DNA of 63,493 nt, the filler included, from Choristocarpus tenellus KU-1152 (taxonomy: Eukaryota; Protista; Phaeophyceae), in NCBI GenBank assembly GCA_964200185.2. It is 12 parts of 12 records of this genome, joined end to end, with 100 filler letters (N's around TTAATTAATTAA, not from the genome) between each part and the next. Parts side by side here need not be neighbours in the genome. Positions count along the whole stretch, not along the records: positions 52,706 to 56,054 come from CAXNAD020020637.1; positions 56,155 to 63,493 come from CAXNAD020006308.1; 10 more parts are not named here. One strand, written 5' to 3'. This document shows, piece after piece, positions 52,801 through 63,493 of this stretch. The stretch's first letter is position 1. Every line of letters begins with the position of its first letter. The translations under genes and the position numbers were made by a program. A model generated the notes under the pieces. It was not told where the DNA came from. It was given only the letters and a program-made list of their open reading frames with translations, and did not search any database.

Positions 52801-55174
52801 CGCCTCTGCGTACTGGGATGTGCCTGCTGTGTAAATAGTCATCTCAAAGTTCGCTGCCGCTCTTTTTAGGAACCAACGCAACCCAGGTCTGATTGTACAT
52901 ATGCAGGGACACAAACGTACACCGCTGTCAACAACACAGGCAAGGCACAAACATTGGTATTGTGTATACTATTGCATCAACCCAAGTGAGAGACACTGGA
53001 CTTGGGATGAATGCATATACAGAAGGCCAGATAATTCTCCATGACTACTCTACTGGACTAGCAAAGGGTTCCAATACACCAGTACGAGGTCGTGCCCTAA
53101 CCCTAACCCTAACCCTAGTTCTGCACACTTGATAGCCCTCATCTAATTACCTACAGGCAGTACAGAGATATTGTCGGGTGCCAACGATGGGGGATCTATT
53201 CTAGAGATCAGTATGATCCTTTCAAAAATGTAACACTACATTTTCATATTCAAAATGACATGGTACTTTCTACAACTCCTCTCTCCAGTTGGCTAGCCCC
53301 CGTCTCATCTCCATTGTCCTCAACCGACCCTCCCTCCCCTCTTCTTTCACATGACCCCTCCATAATTCATCCCAATCCCCGTTGAACAGTGTAACAACTG
53401 TTCTTCAGATTACTTGTATATACATACTTGAAAATGACTTCCAGAAGATGGATATATATATATAGAGAGAGAGAGAGAGAACATGCAGCACAATATGCCC
53501 CCTCAAATAATACAACTCCTCTAGAAACTTCCTTCTCAAGCTCTACACCTCAGTCACTCCCTACTGGACTTCCCCCATGTACACAATTGGACAAAACATC
53601 AAGCATACAACTACCATGTAGCATACTTCATCTAACTCCACCCCACCCCACCTAAGTTTGATGTGGTAGTCCCTGGGTTGATCAGGAAGTCGGAGTACAT
53701 GCATCCCTTCCGTCCCAGGTGCGATCAGCCTTGGGGAAGGGGGAGGGGTGGGTGGGAGATTGTGAGGTGTAATAAGGGCAGACAAGAGTGGAGGGCAGAT
53801 GAAGTTGGGAGAGTAAGTTCACCATGTCACTGCAGAGGGCATTGCAACAAGGAGGTTCAACTACTAATATCGCTACCACACGGAAATAAGGATATTATGA
53901 CCAAAAGGGAAATAGACCAAATGACACGCCAAATCTCGTGAGCCAGAAGTAGGAAGGCGTATGCCTAACGAAACTATCACAGTCCTCCTAAGCACACGCA
54001 TCACACACAGTACCAGTCCCACCGAAAAGTTCAAGGGGACAACAACATGGAAGGCGTTCTCGGTAGCCAAGGACAACTTTCGAACGCATCCGTGGCAAAG
54101 GACAGACTTCAGGGCAGGTGAGAGAACAAAAAAGTCGGGTTTTGAAGAGAAAAAAAAAGCGATGAAAAGAGGTGGCGATAGAGCGTTTTGCATTCCCCAT
54201 GTCAAAGCTCATCGCTACATGCTTCGAGGCCGATGAGCTGCCTTGAAATAATCTAAAAAGTGGCTCAATACTGCTACCTGTTTTTGAAATGGAGCCGGGC
54301 TGTGATCAGCTCTATTTTACGATGGCCACGCCCGTAGCATGTCAGTTGGCAACTAAATAGCACCCTCTTTGCCCACAACGCACCAACAAATAACCACGAA
54401 TGTTCTGATGCTTGAATTTCAGCCGGAGCAAAAAAGACTCGCGACTGCCCAGACTACCTGCGAAAAAGTACTCTTGCAATTCCAAGTCAGATAGAAGGAT
54501 GAGGTTTGGGTGTTTTTTGTTTTTCAAAAGAACGCTAGAAAGTTTGCGCTGATTCCCCCAGGAGTATCAAGAAGGAATAATAATAATAATAAATTAACAA
54601 TACTATGTGGCAACAAACTATTTGTGTAAACAAATAGTCCAACAGCACAGCACGGCGTCAAGGGCAGGCAGCAACAAGCTTCATACCTAGAATTTCAACG
54701 GGCTTTTATTCACCGACATTTTTGAATAAAAAATAGCGAAAGATGCCAAAACTGCCAAAATGAAAGGGAGGGTTCAGACCTGTAAGAACGATGCCTACTT
54801 CAAGAGGATCAAGAAGAGGTGGCACTACATGAATAGTGTAATACCGTGATTCTCCAGGCATGCATGCATGCATTGCTGTACCAAAAAAATGCATGGAATC
54901 TTTCGTCCAACTCCGACAAGCACAACACAGACATGCAGGTAAAAGGTATATACTCACGTACCAAGTCTGATAAAAAGAAAAGAAAAGTAATGCCTCAAAG
55001 GGACCGAGTTCCAGAAAGGAAATTATTGTTCTATTTTTAAAAGAAAACCCTACGATGGAATTTATTAACATATCGGAGTGTTAAAACAAAACCCAACAAA
55101 TTTGAAAGTGTAAACTCGAGGCACTGCTACTACACTGCTGTTATTATGCTGTCCAACACAATCAATCAAGAATA

Positions 55175-55205
<31 letters not shown>

Positions 55206-55972
55206 TAAGTAGAAGGCTATTGACCCTACCACAGTTAAAATTGATAGTGTACGCAAGAATACTTGACAGCGGTCAAAATAGATCATCCGTAAATGCCCTA
55301 CAACAAATTTCTATACCTGGGGATTGTTTCGCAGTACTGCCTTACTTTCATCACCGATGAGAATATCTGAGAGTCATAGGGAGAGATGGTTACATTATTT
55401 TTTTCTTCTCTCTAGCAGGGTTAGGGATAGGATTATCATTACCATTAAGACCATAGAAAGGTGTGCCAAAGAGGACCACCACTGCCTCAGATTCTTAGCA
55501 CAGTATCCGTGCTCTGGTGGACCCCGACAATATATATATATATATTTAAACTTGGGACAAATAATTTTTTCAAAAAAGCGACAAGCGAGGAGGAGGCAGA
55601 CAAGGGACTGAAGGTAGGCTGGTGTCTGACCAGATAGTAACAGGGCCAAGAAAAGAAATCACGCCATCTTGCAGGAGGGAATCGCAACCTTTCTTGATGC
55701 ATACAACATTGTATGGCAAAAAAACCTAACCCTAACCCTAACCCTAACCCTAACTATAGGAAAAAATATATATACTTTTAGTCAAAAACTGACCAAACCA
55801 ACGGATCAACCAGGAGGAAAATCAACCCTAATCCTAAGCTAAAATTGATTGAACCTGGGTGCCTCAGGGTGGTCGGTGCAGTGGAGTAGGGTGTTGTCTA
55901 GGTCCAGAACAAGAGCCAATTTCCTTGAACTCATGAGGCGATTGGACTTGTCCACGTGCAAGACCCTAGCCT
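52801..55972 (-). CDS. RNA polymerase II CTD phosphatase, FCP1/CPL-like (HAD FCPH domain), internal part; exons ~55972-55855, 53729-53652, 52888-52801
   Basis: Splices to EARVLHVDKSNRLMSSRKLALVLDLDNTLLHCTDHPEAPR|LIAPGTEGMHVLRLPDQPRDYHIKLR|PGLRWFLKRAAANFEMTIYTAGTSQYAEA, with the DLDxT catalytic motif, KLRPG and IYT.G...YA. Confidence 0.92.
55725..55754. repeat. Interstitial telomere-like (CCCTAA)5; shorter tracts at 53095-53117 and 1444-1461
   Basis: Directly visible. Confidence 0.85.
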
Positions 55973-56154
55973 CTTTGTACATTTGAGAGGAACACAAGGC
56001 GCAGCAATTCTTCGTTGGGTTGGTATTTGCTAGGGGATATAAGTTTGGGGGGGGNNNNNNNNNNNNNNNNNNNNNNNNNNNNNNNNNNNNNNNNNNNNTT
56101 AATTAATTAANNNNNNNNNNNNNNNNNNNNNNNNNNNNNNNNNNNNNNNNNNNN

Positions 56155-56232
56155 ATCCTCACTGGTGTGGGGCTCGGGCTTCAAACCCGTGGGCGGTTGG
56201 CGCCGCAGCAGTTCGATTCTGCCTCACCTGCG
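56155..56232 (+). tRNA. tRNA-Sec(TCA), copy 1; 5' 9 nt missing at contig start
   Basis: ATCCTCACTGGTGTGGGGCTCGGGCT-TCA-AACCCGTGGGCGGTTGGCGCCGCAGCAGTTCGATTCTGCCTCACCTGCG has a long D stem, TCA anticodon (56181-56183), long variable arm, 4-bp T stem and G73. It is colinear with the known eukaryotic 9/4 tRNA-Sec. Confidence 0.9.
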
Positions 56233-56307
56233 TTGTTGTGTGTTTTTGCTCTGTTTAATTGTGTTTGCCATGGCACGTTTGTGCAATGTTATTTATGTGT
56301 GACTGTG

Positions 56308-56394
56308 GCAGGGGTGATTCTCACTGGTGTGGGGCTCGGACTTCAAACCCTTGGGCGGTTGGCGCCGCAGCAGTTCGATTCTGCTTCACCTGCG
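56308..56394 (+). tRNA. tRNA-Sec(TCA), copy 2, full 87 nt, possibly degenerate
   Basis: 87 nt, GCAGGGGTG...TTCACCTGCG, anticodon at 56343-56345. Four substitutions relative to copy 1, two of which break anticodon-stem pairs. Confidence 0.85.
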
Positions 56395-57679
56395 TTGATA
56401 TGTGTTTGTATTTTTTGTATTTGTGATGCACACATCTGTGAAATCTGCTAAGATATTATGTGCACACTGGTAGCAGCGTCTTCTGTAAATAACAGGATGT
56501 TACCAGTGTGAACAATTGGTAAAGAGGGTAAGACTAGTTAAAAAATCATGTTATCTATTTCATACGCAACTTGGCACTGCTACAGAACTCTCTTAACTTC
56601 ATTCAACTATCTATAATAGGTTAGGCTGCTGCCGTGATGACAATTTGGAGGCAATAATGTGACAGGACAGTTACATCTTTTCAATACTTGAAATATTTGT
56701 AAGGTTTGTATACTGACTCTGGTCGTAGACATAATTTTGCTTCTGTTCTCTGGTGTAGGGTACAAAACTAATGTGAACTTGTACTTCAAGGTCTTAGCTT
56801 ATTGCTTTATTATTTTGAATGTAGGTGTTGGCCTCAGTGTATTGCTACGAATCGGAGGTTACACTTTATTGGTAGTGGCTCACCGTACCTTCTCTGATGA
56901 AGTGTGAAAACATCACAAAGATGCAAAAACTTGAACTTCAGACAGCCTTCCACCACAATCTCAATAATTTGTTTTTTCCATTGTAAGGTTAATATTGTTC
57001 TGTACATCGTATGTAACACTACTTAATTATACGTGCCTCCTCATTTTAGGGCATGATGTGTGATTATGGACCTATGCTGTCTGTTTGTAGTTAAATTTTC
57101 TATGTGTTAAATGGTGAGGATCCCTTTCTATGTTACACTACCAGTATCCTTTCTCTGTATGGCCATTGATACCTGGTTTTACGAATCTCTAACATTTGAA
57201 CGTCACTTGCTCTATCTGGAGGTACCACGTTGACTGTAACTGTGTCACTGAGTTTCGTTTAAGATACTTCATTTTACTCTTGAGTTACAAATGGCGAAAT
57301 GAGTTACAAATGCAGACAGTGTAGTAGGCAAAGTACAGACTTTGTTGTGGAGTTGCATTTTATTGCCATACGATAAACAAGGACATGATTTTATTCACCC
57401 CATCACAACGTCTGCGAAATATCATTGGGCATTGTTTATCATAGACACTGACCCTAAGTTCGAGGTGTGAGGGGTACTACAGAGTTCCTGGATCTGTTGG
57501 TTCGACAACATCCGTATAATTTATGTTATTGAGATGACCTACCATTTATGTATTGTGGAAGGTATTAGTGTACTACTTTTTGTTCTTCAATCTATCCAAT
57601 ATTTGGGGAATACAGTTTGAAGTCAAAGAGGTTACTCCAAGAGACCTCTACTTATTTTTACATCACTGTATTGGAGAAA

Positions 57680-58370
57680 AAAACAAGATGGCAAGGTGTA
57701 TGTATACCTGCGTCCCGATGAGGGGACCCCCCCAACCCCCCACGAGCACAGAATAAATGTTACACATTACGAAGTTGATGTTCCTTGCCGATATGGGCTG
57801 CCCTAGGAAGCTCTCCAATGGGGTGAGGTTCAAAAGCGAAATCGGGATTTGGGCAATCGTTAGCACTAAAGTCACTCAGCGATCTGGCAAACACTGCCTC
57901 GAGGGCACCAAGGTGCTTGTACCAGCAACAGTTGAGAGGTGTAAGGTCATGATTAGGATGTCATCCTGAGAATAAAGACTTGTACGCCTAGGCTGAAGGG
58001 ACACAAATCTTCGTACAGCAGTACGGGGCAAAGCCAACTGACCTGACCTCAACTTCCAACGACCTGGGATTCTTTTGTTTCATCCAGTTACTGAAGGAAG
58101 GTATGGGGGTGACCAACACAGAGGAGGTGCTAGAGGCTACAATGAAAGCATTCAATGTGTATTCGCAGGAAACACTGCAGCACTTTTGGCAGAGCCTCTT
58201 TGCAATCTACAGTGAAGTGCTGGGGTCTAAGGGGCAACAGTGTCTTCAAAATTCCCTATCTCAGCAGGGAAACGGATGAGAAGGCAGGCAAGCTCCCTCA
58301 TGCCTCAGTGTATGCGGCGAGGTACTACGCTGGAATGGAGTTTTGGAGGGCCTCAGGGGTGGAATCATAG
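57680..58370 (+). pseudogene. Tc1/mariner-superfamily transposase remnant
   Basis: GKVYVYLRPDE, HITKLMFLA.MG.PR…IGIWAIV….QRS.K….GT, PDLNFQ/DLGFF.S, GNSVFKIP match plant/stramenopile mariner-like transposases; frameshifted. Confidence 0.8.
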
Positions 58371-59547
58371 ATAGGGGTTGGACTGCTCCTATTTTGCTTG
58401 ACACTTTGGTGGGCGACCTTTTGGTCTCTACACAATGTACCAAAAAAACCCTTTTTCTATATTATGGCTACAAAAGTTATGTTACATTAATTCCAAAAAC
58501 ACTATTTTAACAGTTTGAACAGGGTTGCAGACAACTTTCATAGATGAGGCAGCATTTGCATCCCTTGCACTGGTGAGTGTAGGAAAGTAAGTGGGATACA
58601 AAGAGGAACTAAATTTTACATCTGTTATGGAATAGTTTCGCATTAGTGCCTCCAGATAGTTGCAACTTGAGGTGGCCCTCGCGCATGCTAGCCTTAGAAA
58701 GTTGCGACAGGTTAGGGTCCTATCACATGAACAGTGGTAGGTATAGTAGATATCACTACAAATTTGATTAAGAGACACTTCTGCAGCACACATGAGAAGA
58801 ATTCTGTTGATATCAGTTGGCACTTTGGTTGTCACAACACTTTGATGTAAACAACCAATCACTCACTGGGTGAAAAGGGGAAGAAGAAGGGCCGTTGTAA
58901 ACCATCACACACCCTTACCAGTCAACAGTCCACAACATACCACACATAAAATGCTGCATTAATCTTTCCCCTCTCTAGTTCACCCTATTTATTCCCTCAG
59001 GACTAATCCTGACACCATGAAAACCAAGGATATAATCCAAGATAATCAAGTCTATACCTACAAATCCTGTACTCTCCCAACCAATGCACAGAGAACATGA
59101 CAAGCTCTTGAAAAAACAATGGGACTGTGTGCAGCCAACCCCTGTTTCATTTGAGGAGGCAGTCAGTTGAGTTAGTGTTACCAGACTGTTGTTCCCATTC
59201 TGGCAGCATAGTTGTTGCACCACGACCTAGTGAGGCGAGGATTGTAACAGTGATAAATGCTCATTGCATAATTGAACATGAACCTCAGGAGCAGATAGGG
59301 ATGAGACCTTTATCCAGGTGGTACTGACCTCTTTTACTCTCCTCAACTACATCCAAGACCCATCCTGAAACAGATGCACGCGATATTACTCGAAGGCTTT
59401 GGGAGTGTACAAGGCTGGACAAGCCAGAAACTTTCAGCAGCATGCTGCCCCCGAAATTCACCCCTCCCTCCACACATCTACTGCATAAACCTACCCTACA
59501 CAGAGACTACATCTACAACTTGAGCATGCTTGTTTTCCCAATTCCTC

Positions 59548-60672
59548 CTACTCTTCTTCTGCAACGTCTTCCGTAGCAGGAGCCTCCTCCTGCTCCTCTG
59601 ACTGTGGTGCAGGGGTGATCTCTCCACCCTCATCCATGTTCTGTTGAAAAGCGCAGAGAGACAAGCGTGGGGAAACACGGTTGACAAAAATCTACTATCG
59701 ACAAAAATGCCTATAAAGAGATTGAAGCATTAAAAATTGAGTTATGCGTCCACTCTGGGCAATGATAGCGCTATTGTGTATAGAAGTGTCAGGATTATCT
59801 GACAGAATTCAAAAGCGTTTCAGCTACAATTTGGAAGTGTTGGTTATGGTACATGCGTACGGTGGACAAATGCAAAAGCCACCCCCCTTTGTACTCTCCG
59901 GTTCTTACGTGTATCATCTCGACTCGCTTTTTGAGCTCCTCCATCTCAGGGGTTTGTAGGAGCGATTCCCGTGCTATATCAACTTCATCCAGACTGAGAC
60001 CTGATGCACCAGCACTATTTACTCGCGTCAAAGCACCTGGGGGGCCAAAAAAGGTAATAATTTATCTCAAATGTGGGTTGGGAGAGACTATTTTACAATG
60101 GATTGTTGCAGACGATCAAATCTTTGGCATTGCACGGGCTACAACGGAATCCTATGCTATCTAACAGGACCCCTTCCATTCCCAGATATGAACAGATCAA
60201 CCTTAACGATTTGCGTCTTGGCTTACGGTACTGGTGACTGACAAGAAGGAAGTCTCCTCAGTCTTCTTCCTGCCCTAAGGATATGTACTAATATATTATA
60301 GTTCACTCCAACAAGAAAAACACACACTGCTCTCGCTTTTCTTGTCATGCATGTCATTCTGAACGGAGGATGAAGAGTGCTAACATGAACAGGGGGCACT
60401 TTGTATGCATTTCACGGCCTAGGGTATGTCACTTCATCTGGAACCGTGCACTTCAGATTCACTGGGATCTTATCCTTCCACTGAAAACCAAGCCATCCAA
60501 TGCGCTATCCAACCAGTCTAAAAACTGTGCATGAGCGTTTCGGGTTTGTCTCGGACTAAGGTATAGTGATGTGCGAGGATCAGAACTTACCGATGTGAGG
60601 GGCAGGTGGGACAAAAAACGCTGAGGCGTTAGCGACAAAGAGGGAGATTGCGATTGTAGCCGTGAATTTCAT
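59548..60672 (-). CDS. 100-aa plastid-targeted acidic protein of unknown function; exons 60672-60591, 60036-59909, 59640-59548
   Basis: MKFTATIAISLFVANASAFFVPPAPHIG|ALTRVNSAGASGLSLDEVDIARESLLQTPEMEELKKRVEMIH|NMDEGGEITPAPQSEEQEEAPATEDVAEEE*. It has a signal peptide and an ASA-F cleavage motif, with canonical GTAAG donors in compatible phases. Confidence 0.8.
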
Positions 60673-60952
60673 CTTGGGATGCGTTGTGCGGTGACGAAGC
60701 AGCAGGCTGAGGCAAATTTCACTGCTCTCTTTGAATTGTGGTGTGTCATCATGAACATTGATGGCGCCGCGCGACATTGAGACAACGCGCGATCGCGAGA
60801 AGAAAATATTTTGTTATAATCTGATATTTCTATTATCATCAGATTTCACGTTACAACATCCAGATGGAGATACACAATGATACCTGATGAAGTTTAAACG
60901 ACGGGTGACTACAGGTGCATTCTTTACAACAGCACCATTTTGCACAGTATAG
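60673..60952. promoter_or_regulatory. Probable bidirectional promoter region (280 bp between divergent ATGs)
   Basis: Head-to-head start codons at 60672 (-) and 60953 (+), with a CpG-rich patch GGCGCCGCGCG / CGCGCGATCGCG. Confidence 0.5.
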
Positions 60953-61752
60953 ATGGCATCACCAAAGACCCTTGTATGTGTTCTTTTGCTTGCCTTTCTG
61001 GGTCCTTTTGCACTGAGCATAGGATGGATTAGGCGAAATTGGTCAGCAAATGTTGTGGCATGGTGGAGTGGGAATAGAAACTCCGATGTCAGAGACAATT
61101 CCGTACCTCCAACAGTCGAGGTCCTTAAAAAAAATTGTGCTTTAGATCCACCACAGGCTTCGAATGGGAAGTGGGTGGAGGCATTAAATGGACTGGCCGA
61201 TTCACCTGTAAACTTGAGGAGTGGTACGATACCATTCTGGAACTCCATGTGAGCCTGGCGTAATTTTCTGGTCTGTGACTACGGGTTGGGGCTGTATATC
61301 AGGGTTGACTTCTTTAACGACTTATCTACTTGTAGTGTGAGTCGGCATCATTTAAGGGGTGTTTCCTTGTGGAGGGAGACTTGGGCACTCAATACTTGAT
61401 AGACTCAGCCAACCGTCTCGGAATCTTGTGTCATCCATACGTAATACCTCACCTACGAGATAACCCTTTTATATACCCCTTGTTGTTCCCATGTTTCTTG
61501 TGATAGCTTTTGGCACCAGCAAGAGGGAAAACACAAAACACATATTTTGTTTGATGGATCCACCCTCGTGATTACAACGGGACACATCCAGGTGTTCCAG
61601 TGGCTGGAGGAAGTCTGAGCAACATAATGCGAGGTTACCACGACAGGGCAGGCCCTACTGGGAGTGGGAGACTAATGGGTGCACTCTTCATAGTTTCGAT
61701 GCGGACGATTTCTGCAAGGAGATGAAGGACCGAAAGGGGTTGCTAATTGTTG
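60953..61752 (+). CDS. Trichome-birefringence-like (PMR5N / PC-esterase) putative O-acyltransferase, 5' part; exons 60953-61248 and 61592-61752
   Basis: N-terminal membrane anchor, then C…GKWV…|M-C…GRPYWEWETNGCTLHSFDADDFCKEMKDRKGLLIVG|. This matches 'G.WV…C…GRP….W.W….C.L..FD…F…M….+.+VG(DS)'. The exon carrying DS was not located. Confidence 0.75.
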
Positions 61753-62299
61753 GTGAGAAGTCACGACCTCCATTACCCTAGCCTCCTACTCGTATCCTTC
61801 TACTAACAACCTCAAGGGGGACCAAAACCGTCATTTTTCTCTGAGTTCTGTTGCCGGCTACCTGCTGTGAGTCTTAGTTTAATGTCTCTATGACTTGACC
61901 ATCCACTTATGTTTTGCTCTCATAGGGCCTTATTGGCAGTGGTTGAGGCATCTTGTTGCCATCAGGAGAAGCTCATCATTAGTGGTGTGAGTTTGTGTAT
62001 GTAAAGAGAAATCACCAATGATTGAATGTGATCTTTCGAGCACCCTTTTGCAATGCCTCACGTTTAATGTGTCCCCTCAGTGTGTACACAAAGCACAGGT
62101 CTGGCTTCTTGCCTGTGAATGGTATGGGATGTGAATGAGGTAGCGACTGGGTTGGGTCAAGTCAACTTAGAACTAGTTCTAACACAATGCACTGTATATG
62201 ACTTCTGGCTCCCTTGTTTTTGGAGCAATATACTATCCTCTGTTAACAGAAATATGATATGAAAACCCACACCAAAGGTCCAATGCCTGTTCTTGTTTT

Positions 62300-62363
62300 T
62301 GTAAACCTCCTTTGCTACCTATTGTTTTGTTGTGTTTTAAAATATCAAATGCGGGACTGTTGT

Positions 62364-62399
<36 letters not shown>

Positions 62400-63020
62400 A
62401 CAAGATTTTACACATGTTCTGCCGCATTATTGTTCTTTCGTTACTTCGGTTCTTCCCCCTGTTAATTGGACCGCCCACAATGAAGAGACCTTTTGTTCAC
62501 CTTGGGGAAGATCTTTCCCAAGTATATTTGGCTTGTCATCAACTTGAACATTGCGATTTCCCCTCCTCTGTGTCTCATTGACTGTAAACAATAATGTACA
62601 CGCCTGTGACCCATTTTTCGACACACTGTTGTTGCGATGCCAATTGAAACACTTGCTACCAATCAAGAATCGATCGTACAGACACCGAGATACACTACAG
62701 GAGCAGTTTCACACGTTCAACATTGTGATGACATGAGAGGTTTTAATGAAATGATAATAGTTGAGGGTTGACCTCAGCTCTCAGATGGCCAGCCGGAAGA
62801 GGTGGAGACTTTGTTGGAATCCTTATAATCAAGTTGTTGTCTGTATTGATCAATCTCCATCTCACACCAGTAGTCAAGTACGGAATCTGTGTTCTCTCCA
62901 AAAACTCTTTCTACAACTACAATATAGCTATGCAGCTGTTCCTTCAGGAGACAAAACACCCTTGCTTTAGTGCAGATGCTTGTTATTGTTGGCATCCCCT
63001 CACCCCTGTGCTTTTGCTCC
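62300..63020 (-). pseudogene. Possible highly degenerate hAT transposase remnant
   Basis: Weak fragments only (STSSGW…, LGKIFPKV…HC…QL). Confidence 0.25.
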
Positions 63021-63493
63021 ATATCTCCTCAATATATACTTAGTGAGAATGGCTGCCCCATATGTGAAGTGGCTTAGTATTTCTAATATACACTAGATCT
63101 AAATATACGGGCAGACCTTGATACTACTCTGGAGGACTACTAGTGAACTTATTGAGCCCAGTTTAGTCATACCTTAGGGTGCTTTACTGCCTTGGTGGAG
63201 TTGCCCCGCCCTTCTTCTTTCTTCTTTCTGGTTCTTGGTTGATTGTGGTGCAAGGCAGCATTTGACTGCCAGTTGGCAATCCTTTCCTATTCCTCATGTG
63301 GAGGCATCTCTCGGTCCATTGAACATTTACTAGTAACAGATCTCTGGGAGACTCTCAAATAGATGTGTTCTCCAGACATTCAAATTCTTGGAGGGAAGGG
63401 GGGGGGGGGGGGGGGGTTTTTTTTTAAAAAATGTTTTTTTTTGGGTGGGGGCCCCCCTTGTTCCTTTCTTTGTTTCGTGTTTTTGTCCAATGA

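Noticed and set aside
56155-56394. Opal suppressor tRNA-Trp/Ser or the 94-aa ORF at 56167-56451
   Set aside because: The 87-nt length, long D stem, 4-bp T stem and long variable arm fit tRNA-Sec; the ORF is a chance read-through of the duplicated tRNA.
62365-62397. Poly-Leu/Cys/Ser coding repeat
   Set aside because: A (CTG)n microsatellite without supporting exon structure.

Overview
Eukaryotic nuclear DNA, most likely a brown alga (Phaeophyceae) or close photosynthetic stramenopile. This is inferred from an EsV-1-7-repeat gene, an ASAF bipartite plastid-targeting leader, TTAGGG-type repeats and intron-rich genes. The window is not one locus: it is 12 contigs joined by identical 100-nt artificial linkers (N44-TTAATTAATTAA-N44), so adjacency across linkers carries no biological meaning. 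Spliced genes reconstructed by hand from GT-AG boundaries and phase are: PAP-fibrillin (partial), a transmembrane protein with an MLKL-like helical domain (partial), an EsV-1-7-repeat protein, two F-box proteins, proteasome alpha-4/PSMA7 (partial), an FCP1-like CTD phosphatase (partial), a 100-aa plastid-targeted acidic protein, and a divergently transcribed TBL/PMR5-like O-acyltransferase (partial). RNA genes are tRNA-Asn(GTT), nested antisense in an F-box intron, and two tandem tRNA-Sec(TCA) copies. Much of the rest is decayed transposable elements: Ty1/copia, CRE/SLACS-like non-LTR fragments, a Tc1/mariner transposase, possible hAT remnants and about 20 PIF/Harbinger-type MITE copies sharing one TIR. 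The best leads are the tandem tRNA-Sec copies, the membrane-anchored MLKL-like protein, and the TBL-like candidate wall-polysaccharide acetyltransferase. All family assignments come from motif recognition by eye; no searches were run.
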